Positions 13,809 through 25,424 are shown, counted from the stretch's first letter. The stretch is 64,000 bases of DNA from Eledone cirrhosa (GCA_964016885.1 OZ024741.1:104036001-104100000), one strand, 5' to 3'. Translations and numbers: made by a program. The notes: generated by a model from the letters alone, not told the origin.

Positions 13809-14675
13809 TCAGTTAACAGTTTTCTTTCCAATATGTATTCGTTCATGCCTTTTTAAAAGACTGTTACTGATAAATGATTTCCCACATATTTCACAATTAA
13901 AGGGTTTTTCTCCAGTGTGACTACGTTTGTGAACTATAAGGCTAGCATTTTGAGTAAAAGATTTTTCACAAATTTCACAGTGGAAGGGTTTTTCTCCAGT
14001 GTGTATTCTTTTGTGTGTTGTTAAATCACTGTTAGAAACAAAAGATTTCCCACATATTTCACAGCGATAAGGTTTTTCTCCAGTGTGAATACGTTTGTGA
14101 ACTGTAAGCTTAGAATTTTCAATGAAAGATTTTCCGCATATTTCACAGTGAAACGGGTTTTCTCCAGTGTGTATTCTTTTATGTTTTGTTAAATTACTGT
14201 TATAGACAAAATATTTCCCACATATTTCACAATGACAGGGCTTTTCTCCAGTGTGTATTCTTTTGTGAACTATGAGAGTAGAATTAACTGAGAATGATTT
14301 CCCACATATTTCACAGAGGAAGGGTTTTTCTCCAGTATGTATTGTTTTGTGCGCAACAAGATTCGAACTTTGAGTGAAAGATTTACCACATATTTCACAG
14401 TGGAACATTTTTTCTCCAGTGTGTATTGTTTTATGAGTTTTTAAGTGACCATTAGTTATAAAAGATTTCCCACATATTTCACAGTGAAATGGTTTTTCTC
14501 CAGTGTGACTACGTATATGGATTGTAAGCTTAGAATTCTCACTGTATGATTTCCCACAGATTTCACAGCAGCGGTTTTCACGTAAATGTTTCTCATCACT
14601 TGAAGTTTGTGTAACAGAATCTTTATTTTTTAAATCAGTTGTGTTAGCAATGTCCATGTGATTAACATCCTCCAT
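13809..14675 (-). CDS. C2H2 zinc-finger protein, 9 fingers, 288 aa, single coding exon
   Basis: Intact ATG-to-stop ORF of FHCEICGKSF...[10 protein letters not shown] repeats. Upstream minus-strand acceptor at 15111-15113. Confidence 0.95.
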   Translation of the reverse strand: MEDVNHMDIANTTDLKNKDSVTQTSSDEKHLRENRCCEICGKSYSENSKLTIHIRSHTGEKPFHCEICGKSFITNGHLKTHKTIHTGEKMFHCEICGKSFTQSSNLVAHKTIHTGEKPFLCEICGKSFSVNSTLIVHKRIHTGEKPCHCEICGKYFVYNSNLTKHKRIHTGENPFHCEICGKSFIENSKLTVHKRIHTGEKPYRCEICGKSFVSNSDLTTHKRIHTGEKPFHCEICEKSFTQNASLIVHKRSHTGEKPFNCEICGKSFISNSLLKRHERIHIGKKTVN

Positions 14676-15778
14676 ATTAATTCTTCACAAATTCTTAAAA
14701 TCTGAGAAATGTCTATGGATATAATTTATTATTATTCAGTTTCTTGTGTTGTATATCCTGGGACAGTGTTTACATGATATAATTTGATTTGATTAAGTAT
14801 AATATATTGTAGTTCAGTCCTTTTCTTGGATATCCTGAATTTGTGTTTACATGACATAATTAGATGACATTAAATATAATGTAAGTTTCTTGTCTTAGAT
14901 ATAATGGAACTGTACATATATCTGTAGAAAATATGTAGATATGTTTTCTATTTACAGCAAAAATATTTGTTGCTAAGTGTGACATAGATATTGTTGAAGA
15001 ACAAGTATTTCAACATTAAGAAATGTAGATAGGGTTACTAGATGATATGTAGGCTAAAACGTTTTGGTAAAGTTGATCTACTATAGGTTGTAATGGAACA
15101 TTCAGCACAACTGTAAAAATAAAAGAAAGATATCACAGTGTAAGATTGGTGTAGGAGAAGAAAAAGTTTAAACTGTTAAGATGTATATTCAACTTCCATA
15201 TTGATTCATTTTTTTCATTCCTTTGTACCTGCACCTTAATCTATATATATACAAACATATATATATATGATGGCTGCAAACTCTGCTAAGAGTATTGCAA
15301 TCGCTTGTCAGATTACAGAAAATGGTGCACTTTTAGGCTACGGCCAACCACACGAACCTGTAACATAACCTGGACAAGCAATGCCTGTGCTTTGAAGGTT
15401 TTTTTAAGTGGGGAAAGGCCTTGCACTTGACCAATTCCACTCTCTGAGCATCAAAAACACTACTCAAAAAGGAGAACTGGTCAACATCATCCGATGCTTC
15501 TGAAACTACAGGGTTTTTTCCCATAGTTTCCCTCTCTTATAAAGGTGTTGTGACAACAGCTGGGGGCCTTTTATTCTGAGGTAAAAAAAAAAAAGTACTA
15601 TTTGCTCTCGAGTGCTACTGGTAACATGTAACCCAGTACAACCTGTCTCATGGTCGGGTTGTCGGCGACTAAACCGGCAACTCCACCAACTAGTTTGGTG
15701 AGGAGGGTTATATTTGGACACCCTTCAGGATGAAATACAAGACCCGGCAAAGGTCAGAGGAACAGAGAAGGGTCAACA

Positions 15779-16612
15779 ATTCCGTCAGGGAAATGGCCAT
15801 GTTCGATATGCAGAAAAGGAACTGGCATAAATTCTATAAAATGCACACAATGCAGATCCTGGGTACACAAGAGATGTAGCGGGATAGCAGGCAAACTAAC
15901 AGGTAGGGAGAAATATGTATGCAGTAGATGTACAGGGAAATTAGACAGTAGAAGTCGCACTGATAGACACATTTTTCAAATGCAAGAGGGCGCTATAGAA
16001 GTGGTGGATAGCTTCCGGTACCTAGGAGATCAGATTAGCATGGGAGGAGGGTGTTCCGAGGCCATAGTATCTAGAATAAGGACGGGTTGGAAGAAGTTTA
16101 GGGAGCTGCTTCCTCTGTTGACGAAGAAGGGTTTCTCCCTGCGTACGAAAGGCCAGTTGTATGATGCCTGTGTGAGGAGCGCGATGCTGCATGGTAGTGA
16201 GACATGGGCAGCAACTGCAGAGGATATGCGACGGCTGGAGAGAAATGAGGCAAGCATGCTCCGTTGGATGTGCGTGAACCACCCAGCATAAATGTGTTGA
16301 GAGAGAAACTGTGTCTGAGAGGGATAGAATGTAGTGTGTGAGAGAGGAGTCTGAGGTGGTATGGACATGTGATGCGCATGGAGGATGACCGATGGGTGAA
16401 GAAGTGCCAGGAATTGCCAGTTGAAGGAAGACGTGGTAGAGGTAGACCACGAAAAACATGGGCGGAGGTGGTGAGAACAGACCTCAGATCATTGAAGCTC
16501 ACGGTGGAGATGACGAGGGACCGTGACGAGTGGAGAGATGCTGTGCTGAATAAGACCCGTCCCACCCTTGCAAGCAGGGAAAAGCGGACGTAAAATGATG
16601 ATGATGATGATG
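15779..16612 (+). mobile_element. 5'-truncated RTE LINE, near-identical to 11356-12182 but inverted
   Basis: Same peptides (HGSETWAATAEDMRRLERNEASMLRWMC; [14 protein letters not shown]) and the same 3' tail. Confidence 0.9.
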
Positions 16613-16613
16613 A

Positions 16614-16645
<32 letters not shown>

Positions 16646-16789
16646 AACATACATATTTTTATATATATATATACATACATACACATATATAAACATACCC
16701 ATATATATATATACATACACATATATCTATATACATATATATAGAGTGCATATATATAGACATATCTAAAAAGTCTAAAGTCTGTCTTA

Positions 16790-17050
16790 AGCCAGAAGGC
16801 TCATTTGGCCGGTGCTTATCCCAGTTTCATGGCGTGAAGCGACAGAGTACAAGACTCCCCAACTGGACAGGACGCCAGTCCATCGCAGGGTTAAACCTCC
16901 AGCTATTGCTGGTACTCCTTTTCAGCTGAGTATATTGGAACAACGTGAAATGAAGTGTTTTGCTCAAGAACACAACACGCAACCCAAGAATCAAACCCAC
17001 AACATTATGATTGTAAGTCCAACACACTTACCACGAGGCCACGTGCCTCC
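16790..17050 (-). mobile_element. tRNA-derived SINE related to family B head
   Basis: Minus strand begins GGAGGCACGTGGCCTCGTGGTAAG and carries the TTGAGCAAAACACTTCATTTCAC core shared with family B. Confidence 0.6.
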
Positions 17051-18099
17051 ATATATAGACATATACATACATACATATATATACATATATATGTATATGT
17101 ACACATATATATATATATACATATCATCATCGTTTAACGTCCATTTTCCATGCTAGCATGGGTTAGACGAGTTGTATGGTTGTGAGACAACCAAGTCAGA
17201 GGACCGTGCTTTGCTCACACAGAACTGATTTGGGCTTCGTTTCTATGGCTGGATGCCCTGCCTAATGCCAACCACATTTATGATGTGCACTGGGTGCTTT
17301 TTGTTGTGGCTCCGAAATGGTTGCTTTATAATGTGGATTGGATGCATGGGGAATTGGGGAGGTAGATATAAGGGTGGGGTTACAACAACGTGGGAGGTGT
17401 ATGTGAGGGGGTGATGGGAAGGAAGGTGGTGCATACTAGTTGTATGCCTCAGCTCCTGCATATGGGAAGGTGAGTCTTCTGTATTACTGAATAGTGCCAG
17501 AGATCACAGTCCTGTGTCATGGTCTTTGAGAGGTGCAATTGTGCAAGGTCAGTTTTATTACCTCACTCAAGACTTCCTAAGCCTGCTCACTCCATAGTTT
17601 CCATCAACTTTGAGCGCTCTGCACCTTTTTTTACAGCTGTCATCCTTCATACACAACACGTCTATACCAACGCAATCTTCTCTCCTGGGTATACGTTTAT
17701 TCCATGGGTGTACTTACTTTTCAATTGTCACTTTCGTTTTTGTGTGATGTGCGAAGGAACCAACCAACAAACATCTCTCTTTTATATTATGTACAGATAC
17801 ACACACATACATATACATATGTGTATGTATATGTATATGTGTAAAGTGGTCGTAAAGGTGTCACGACAAAAAGCACCCAATCCACACTGTAAAGTAGTCA
17901 TGTAGGAGACAAGGCAAAAGAACCCAGCACACACTGTAAATGTGGTTGCCGTTAGGAAGGGTATCCAGCCGTAGAAAACCAGCAAGAAACAGTTCTATAC
18001 GAGCAAGACATAATCACCTGGCCAAACATGCCTCAAATGGGACAAACCCGTTTAACCCATACTAGCGTGGAAGATAGACCTTAAGTGATGATGATGATA

Positions 18100-19372
18100 T
18101 ATATATTATAAATGAGAATGTGTGTGTGAATATGTATATGTCTCTCAAAGACTCCGAAACGATGTATCCTAGAGAAAAACGGTTTTTGAAATCTACATCC
18201 CAAGGAGAATGTTTTAGGGTTGTTAGTTATGAAACAATGTAATTGTTATGATATAATCAACTACTAATCACCAATATAGAATATCATTAGAATCCACAAC
18301 TGTCAGAATACCTCACTTTATATATATATCTGTCTCTTTCTGTATTTCCTGCTTTTCCCTTCTGCATATACCTTTACCACACTCTCTTTCTATATCTTCT
18401 ATGGTGTTGTTGTTGGTGGTAGTAGTAGTAGTAGAAGTAGTGGTGGTAGTAGTAGTAAGAGCAGTGGTATGAGTGGTGGTGGTGCTGGAAGTAGTAGTAG
18501 TGGTGATAGTGGTGGTGGCAGTAGTAGTAGTAGGAAGAGATTTTAGACAAACTCTCCCAGTGATTCCAAATGGAAGACTTCCTGTAGATAGAAAGGGAGC
18601 TATTGATATAAGTCTCATAGGCACAATGGTGAAATCATTATTCCATCTCATAGAAAAAGTGTTCTAATTTTCAATACCAATTCGCAAATCACAAGTGGCT
18701 CAGGGATAGGGCAATATTGGCCCTGAAAAATGTGACTGTCAAATTGGTAAATGAAGAGTTGTTAAAAAGAATTCCAAAGGTTTCGAAACTCTATCGATTT
18801 GTCAACACTGTAGTGGAACAGTCAGAAGCTGTCAATTACCCGACAAAGTTTCTCAACTCTTAAAAAAACCACAAGGAATGCCACATGTCCTTCACTTGTT
18901 ATTGAGGAATTTTGATCCACCAAGGCTATGTATTGGTACTCAATTGGGTGTGAAAAATATATATTCACACGTGAGTCAAGCCACTATTTCAACAGCATGT
19001 GGTAGGGGTGAGAATTCCTCTTATCTCCACTGATGTCCCATTTCAATTCAAATGACATCAATTTCCAGTGAGTCTTAGTTTTGCCATGACCATCAACAAA
19101 CCACAAGGACTAACATTTTCAGTTGCTGGTTTACATGTTGAAGAGTCCTGCTTCACCCATGGTCAACTTTACGTTGGATATTCAAGAGTAGGAAGTCAAA
19201 AGAATCTTTACATCTATGCACCAGATAGAACAGCATTGTTTATACAAACATTATAAATTGACCCAATTAATAAAGAAATCCTTCCTCTTCGGAGGAGACA
19301 TGGAATAAAGAAATTTGAAATAAAGGCATACTATTGTGATTATTGCCCAGAAATGACGGGCTACTCAGCTAG
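18100..19372 (+). mobile_element. Internally deleted Helitron
   Basis: PIF1-type helicase remnants DFRQTLPVIP and FAMTINKPQG...HGQLYVGYSRV. 3' hairpin GCCCAGAAATGACGGGC followed by CTAG|T at 19369-19373. Confidence 0.85.
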
Positions 19373-19728
19373 TATATACATATATATAGTTTGGAAGAAA
19401 TAATGGTTTCTTATATAGGCACAAGGCCATCAATTATGGGGGAGGAGAAAGTCGATTAAATCACCCCCAGTGCGTGACTGGTACTTTATTTTATCGACCC
19501 CGTAAGGATGAAAGGCAAAGTTAACCTCGGCAGGATTTGAACTCAGACCGTAAAGGGGCGTCACTCTATATATAAGTAGTTCCAAAACAGTTAGTAAACA
19601 ATTACCGAGGACAATTTGTTTCCCCTTAACGGATCATCATATATATATATACATACACACGCATGTATATATACACACACATATATATACACACACACAC
19701 ACACATATATATACACACACACATATAT

Positions 19729-19766
<38 letters not shown>

Positions 19767-19830
19767 CTTCACTGAACTTATAACATGAAGTTCACATAAA
19801 GATATGTCACTATCTTTACACCAATTATTA

Positions 19831-19883
19831 TATTTTATCTGATGAAAGCGTATTAGTACCCTTGAAATACGTATAATAAAATA
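19831..19883 (+). ncRNA. Minimal type I hammerhead ribozyme (Penelope-like-element type)
   Basis: TATTTTAT-CTGATGA-AAG(C)GTA ttag TAC(C)CTT-GAAA-TACGTA-TA-ATAAAATA. 8-bp stem I, full catalytic core, stem II with one C.C mismatch, palindromic stem III, AUA triplet. Confidence 0.75.
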
Positions 19884-19914
19884 AATATGGTTTTATAAAG
19901 ATATTTTCCATTTA

Positions 19915-20025
<111 letters not shown>

Positions 20026-20411
20026 CCCAATAAATATATTTTTTATTATGTATGTGCACGCGCGCGAACCTTATATATCAGAATTGTTCACTACAGCTAT
20101 GTCAGTATATGCTGGCTATCAAACTAATGAAGGTATTTTAGATTTGAAAGCTAAAGCTTGTCTGTAAAGCTATTAGTTATTATTTACTCTGTCACAACGG
20201 CACGTAATAAATTCACGATGTAGCGTACTTTATGAGGAAATGAAATATTTAATGATATATGTAATGAAACACCAGATTTTGTAACATATAGCTCACTGTA
20301 TGGTACCTACAAACACCAACGTTCACCTTAACATTATATAATTATTATATATTAATTAATTAGATTAAATGAAATTATAACGCATAAATCAACGGTGTAA
20401 TTGTCACTTAC

Positions 20412-20500
20412 CAGAATAATACCGGTGACATATGTTAAACGTCCCTAATATAATTGATACATCCCGGAACACCTCTAGTTTTGTTAATTTCCGCCTCAAT
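20412..20500 (-). other. Putative non-coding first exon of the 9-finger gene (intron about 15111-20411)
   Basis: Minus-strand donor TG|GTAAGT (plus ACTTAC 20406-20411), in a layout parallel to the 25-finger gene. CCGGAA nearby. The 5' end is a guess. Confidence 0.4.
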
Positions 20501-21178
20501 GAATCCTTGAAAAATGATGATGATATAATAATTGTTTCTACTTTTGGCACAAGGCCAGCATTTATCCCAGAGCATTACTGGCACTTTATTTTATCGACCG
20601 ATGAAAAGCAAAGTTAACCTCGGCGGGATTTGAACTCAGAACATAAAGGGTCATAACTCTATGTTGTAAAGCAAAGGTTCTCAACCCATTTTGGCCAAAC
20701 GCCCCCTTTTGTCCCTCGAAATCACGAAACGTCCCCCTACCCTATTTTTCCATTTTTCAATATACTACTGATTTTGATATCAGTAGATTACTGGGTCAAA
20801 TCAAGTTATCTTAGATTCTTTAAAAAATACTCGTACGAATTAAATACAAAAAGTTTCAGTCCAAAACAAAAGCAAGCTATTTCAAATTATATATTTTTGA
20901 AATAAAAAAAAAACATTTGATCTCAGTCGAAAAGCTTTTTTTGTTTTAAATTCTATATTTCACTGTTAGCTGTTGTAATATTTTGAGTGGATAGTCAAAA
21001 TACAAAAGATGCAAAATATGAAGACTTTCTTACCTTTCTCTGAAATCACAAACTCAGGGGAAAAATAGTACCTTGCAAAATAATATACCTCGTAGCAAAA
21101 TAAATAGTAAGGAATGAATTGAGAAGCTTGGTGACTGAGAAAGCAATATTTTTATCCCTTATATATAAACATAGATAG

Positions 21179-21216
<38 letters not shown>

Positions 21217-21218
<2 letters not shown>

Positions 21219-22023
21219 GAATAAAGTGGTCCTTCATCAGTGATCTTCCAACCATCATCGGTATTTCTTCGCTTTAAAGACCATATACCTCCGGTTGGAA
21301 CGAGCAACGGCTAAAGAAAGTCGTTGGGACACGTAAATAAAGGGAACAGCGAGAGTGTAAACAAACAAAGATGGTGAAGCAACGAAAAATGGGGAAGAAC
21401 GAGTCAAGTCCCAAATTTCCATGAATATAAGTTCGGTGAAATCGTGAACGAGAGAGAATAAAGACCATCAAACCTGGTTGAAATGTGAGCAAGGAAGGAA
21501 TTCGCACAGGTCTAACGGGAGGAAAAAGGGGTCTAGTCCGTGAATTCGGTGAACATAAGTTCTGTGAAATCGTAGACGAGAGAGAGAAAAAAGGCGAACC
21601 AGCCTGGCCAAGCGTGTGAAAGAAAAGAATTACGCACAGGTCAAACGGGAAGAAGGAGGAGGAGGAGAGGTAGTAACAGAGAGTGAGTGAGTGAAGGGTG
21701 AGGAAGAGGCTAACAGAGAGACTGTTAGAGAGGGTAAAGATACAGAGAAAGAGGAAGCAGTAAGAACGAAATAGACGGGTCATAGCGGGGGAAAAAATAT
21801 GTGTAAATATGATAATAAACATGCTGCGGAGTTACAAATGGGTTACATATGAATAAAGTGGTCCTTCATCAGTGATCTTCCAACCATCATCGGTATTTCT
21901 TCGCTTTAAAGACCATATACCTCCGGTTGGTGCGAGCAGCGGCTAAAGAAAGTCGTTGGGACACGTAATTAAAGGGAACAGCGAGAGTGTAAACAAACAA
22001 AGATGGTGAAGCAACAAAAAGTG
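21217..22023 (-). repeat. Direct repeat of about 175 bp at 632-bp period, between microsatellites; probable Penelope-like pseudo-LTR
   Basis: 21217-21390 is near-identical to 21849-22023. Each copy carries CTGATGA on the minus strand. Confidence 0.6.
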
Positions 22024-22150
22024 AGAAAGAACACACAAACTTGTGTGTGTGTGTGTGCCTTGGTTCAGAAAGAATTTTGTCTACAGTTTTTTATTGCCAG
22101 GTCAAAGGTCACAGCTCTTTTCAACAACGCCAAATAACAACGCTCCACAT

Positions 22151-22193
<43 letters not shown>

Positions 22194-22303
22194 CAGTATT
22201 TTCCGTTGTGTTGTAATATAAATATTACACACAGTAGATTGACAGCTCACGTAGAGTTTGCTCGACGGTTCCAGTTGTAGTTCCAAAAGTAATCCGGAGA
22301 AAA

Positions 22304-22439
22304 ATAGAAAGATTTGAATGGATACAGTTTAGTTGAAAGGAATTTATTGACACGTGTTTCTATAACAGTTACAGAAACTGTTATAGAAACACGTGTCAAT
22401 AAATTCCTTTCAACTAAACTGTATCCATTCAAATCTTTC

Positions 22440-22442
<3 letters not shown>
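22304..22442. repeat. Perfect 67-bp-arm inverted repeat (5-nt loop)
   Basis: 22304-22370 is the reverse complement of 22376-22442. Confidence 0.95.
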
Positions 22443-22470
<28 letters not shown>

Positions 22471-22493
22471 ATGTGGAGCGTTGTTATTTGGCG

Positions 22494-22567
<74 letters not shown>

Positions 22568-22738
22568 TTCTTTAGATAGATAAATATACACGGGTGTGTA
22601 TGATTGTGTATAGAAGATTATATTAATAAGAGGAATTCCAACTTTGTCTGATTTACTCGTTTTATTTACAATCGTTTAAAAATTATAATAGTATTATAAT
22701 GAAATAGTATGATAGAATATTAAATGTTAAGTGTTAAT

Positions 22739-22777
22739 TGAACAAGTACTTTCATGCTTTCGCAATCTTCAGGTTCA
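22739..22777 (-). ncRNA. Minimal type I hammerhead ribozyme variant
   Basis: Minus strand TGAAC-CTGAAGA-TTGC gaaa GCAT-GAAA-GTAC-TT-GTTCA. Stem I 5 bp, GAAA-capped stem II with U.U at its base, palindromic AGTACT stem III. Confidence 0.6.
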
Positions 22778-22839
22778 TAATGTGTGGTGACAGTCAAGTT
22801 TGCAATTTTCAACAGTTGAAAATTGCAAACACGCCGGCC

Positions 22840-22896
<57 letters not shown>

Positions 22897-23977
22897 ATGT
22901 ATGTGTATATATGTGTGTGTGTATGTATGTATGTGTGTGTATGTTCACCACCATTGCTTCTTCTTGCCATTTCTGTTGAAGTAGTCCTTACCTTCATTCT
23001 CTTTGATTTTCTTTTATCTCCCTAGGGAATTCGTTGACAAGCTTCTTTAATTTATTTTCTTTGTTTTCTTCATTCAAATCACTGACTGTCTAAGAGACGT
23101 ACAAATATGACTTATAAAACTTACCAAACTAAAAGGGCTTCTCGTGCCCTCAAAGTTTCAAACGCCACCTTATTGCATAACACCCCCTCACTGCATAACG
23201 CACCTGGTGCTACGAAACGCCCCCCCCCCCGTTGAGAACCTTTACTGTAAAGTTAACCTCGGCGGGATTTGAACTCAGACCGTAAAGGGCCGTAACTCTG
23301 TGCCGCAAAGCATGGCCCTCCGACCCTCTTCTGATACTGCCAAATGATTTCTTTATTAGCCACGCAGGGCTCACATTTAATCAGGGCCTCGCTCGTACCA
23401 GGTTCCTTAACCACCCTCTCTATGATGTATCGCATGAGGTGGAGGTTGCCGTGAATGGATCTGTTCAGGATGGCGCATGTCCCTCCTCCCCATCATCCCA
23501 GACCACCGTACGGTCCTTTATGTTCGGAGTTCAAATCCCGCCTAGGCTAGTTTTGCCTTTCATCTTTACGGTGTCGATGAAATAAAAAAAACCATTAACG
23601 CATTGGAGTCCATTTAATCAACTATCCTCTTCCCCTAAATTGTTAGCTTTGCCAAATGTAGAAACATTCTCCATTCTGTCCGCCGGGGCTGTGGGAGCCC
23701 CCATTACGTATCATTCCACTGAATCAAGTTTTGAAAGTTACCTAATTATTTGTGTACTTAATATATTCTTTATACATCACTATTATTATGGAGGTAGATT
23801 GGCAGTATTGGTAAAGCATCGGACAATACTTCTTCCAGAACTTACTTTCGACCGAGTATACTTGAGGAACATAACACACAATCTGGTCCAGGAATCGAAA
23901 CTACGATATTATGATCGTAAATTCAAAACTAGGTCACGCGCCTTCATTAACTGATAAAATATAAACAACTAAGACAA

Positions 23978-24092
23978 ACAATCACCTGCGGCTATAGCTA
24001 ACTAAAACAGCCAATCAACTATGGCTATAAGTAAGTTGATAAGCCAATGAAAAGAGAGGGCAGCAAATCTAAAATCCAGTTTAATATTCGAA
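23978..24092 (+). promoter_or_regulatory. Proximal promoter of MadBub: phased CCAAT boxes and CHR-like element
   Basis: CCAAT at 24011 and 24044 (33 bp apart), ACAAT at 23978 (a further 33 bp upstream), TTCGAA at 24087-24092 abutting the ATG. Confidence 0.55.
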
Positions 24093-24250
24093 ATGGAAAC
24101 TGCTTCCATGGGAGGTTCTAGTGGAGACATGGAATGGGAATTAAGTAAAGAGAATGTTTTACCAAGGAAAAATGGTCGGACAGTTTCTCAACTTGTCTCA
24201 GCCTTGCAGCCTAATGGAGACCATACTTTCCAGATTCGTGCTACCAAACA
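24093..24250 (+). CDS. BUB1: Bub1/BubR1 (MadBub) exon 1, KEN1 box
   Basis: METASMGGSSGDMEWELSKENVLPRKNGR... matches the BubR1/Mad3 EWELSKENV-P---GR motif. Donor GTAAGT, phase 2. Confidence 0.92.
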
Positions 24251-25424
24251 GTAAGTTGTCAGATATTTTTTATTATTATTCAGATACTGTGGTCGATATA
24301 ATCAACGTTCTCCTAAATTGCTGACTTTCTGCTTAAAATAGAAATCATCATCATCATTATTTTAGTGGTGGATTTGACAAAATAGGTAGAGTGTCGGACA
24401 AAGTACTTGGCAGCATTTAGTTATGTTCTGATTTCAAATTTCAGCGAGGTCAACTTTGCCTTTCACATTTTGGGGTCGATGTAATCGACCTACTCCTTCG
24501 CCCGTAAATTGAACGGACATTGGGATATTAAAATAAAAAACCCATTCTAGCCATGACTATCCCAACCTTTGGAGATATTTTCTTTGAATGCAACGTTGTT
24601 TCGTGCCCCCCCCCCTCTTATACAGGCCTAAGCTGAGAGTAGCATTTCACTACAACGGTTACAATTTAGGTTTGAAAACGTATGCTAAGATGGACATTTT
24701 TTCGTTATATATCTGAAAACATGCTAAAAGGGCAGAGTTTAAATCGAAATTATCAAATCTTACAAATCTTTAAAAAAATTGGGGGACCCACTGTCGCTCA
24801 ATGGTGGCGTGCCACGAAAAAATGCATTACATATTCTACACTTATAATTGTTTCTACTTTTGGCACAAGGCCACAAATAAACCAGTGCATTACTGGTACT
24901 TTATTTTATCAACACTTATAATTAAAACTCCATAAACAAACATAACACAAAACACGTGCGAAAAAAACCACCAAAGGAATTATAAAGCGAACCACTAAAT
25001 ATTAACAGAACAGAACAATACAGTTAGTGGGAAAATATATTACGTATATAATTATATATATATAAACAAATAAGTTTATTCAGTTGTGTAAATAACGTTA
25101 GAAATTGTTTATAATTCTTACAAAATGAAAATATAAACACAAATATATACAATTGATTATTATAAATATAATTGTTTCTATTTTTGGCACAAGGCCAGCA
25201 ATTATTCCGGTTCATTACTAGTGCTTTATTTTATCGACCCCGTAAAGATGAAAGGCAAAGTTAACCTCGGCGGATTTGCACTCAGATCGTAAAGGGACAT
25301 AACTGTGCTGCAAAGTATGGTGTCTGACGCTCTACCGATATTGCGAAACTGCCGTATAATTATAATACACAAAAATATGTAACCAAAGTGGGAGAAAAAT
25401 AACAAACAACCATCAATTTACCAC

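Larger units (their letters stand above)
20672..23244. mobile_element. hAT-type non-autonomous element with nested insertions
   Basis: TIRs CAAAGGTTCTCAAC / GTTGAGAACCTTTA, flanked by 8-bp TTGTAAAG / CTGTAAAG target duplication (1 mismatch). Confidence 0.6.

Noticed and set aside
15300-15778. Possible LINE 5' UTR with an HDV-like ribozyme
   Set aside because: Only a GACCC/GGGTC pairing is visible; could not build the nested double pseudoknot by eye.
21274-21822. 182-aa minus-strand ORF
   Set aside because: F/S/L-rich product of pyrimidine skew; no recognisable domain.
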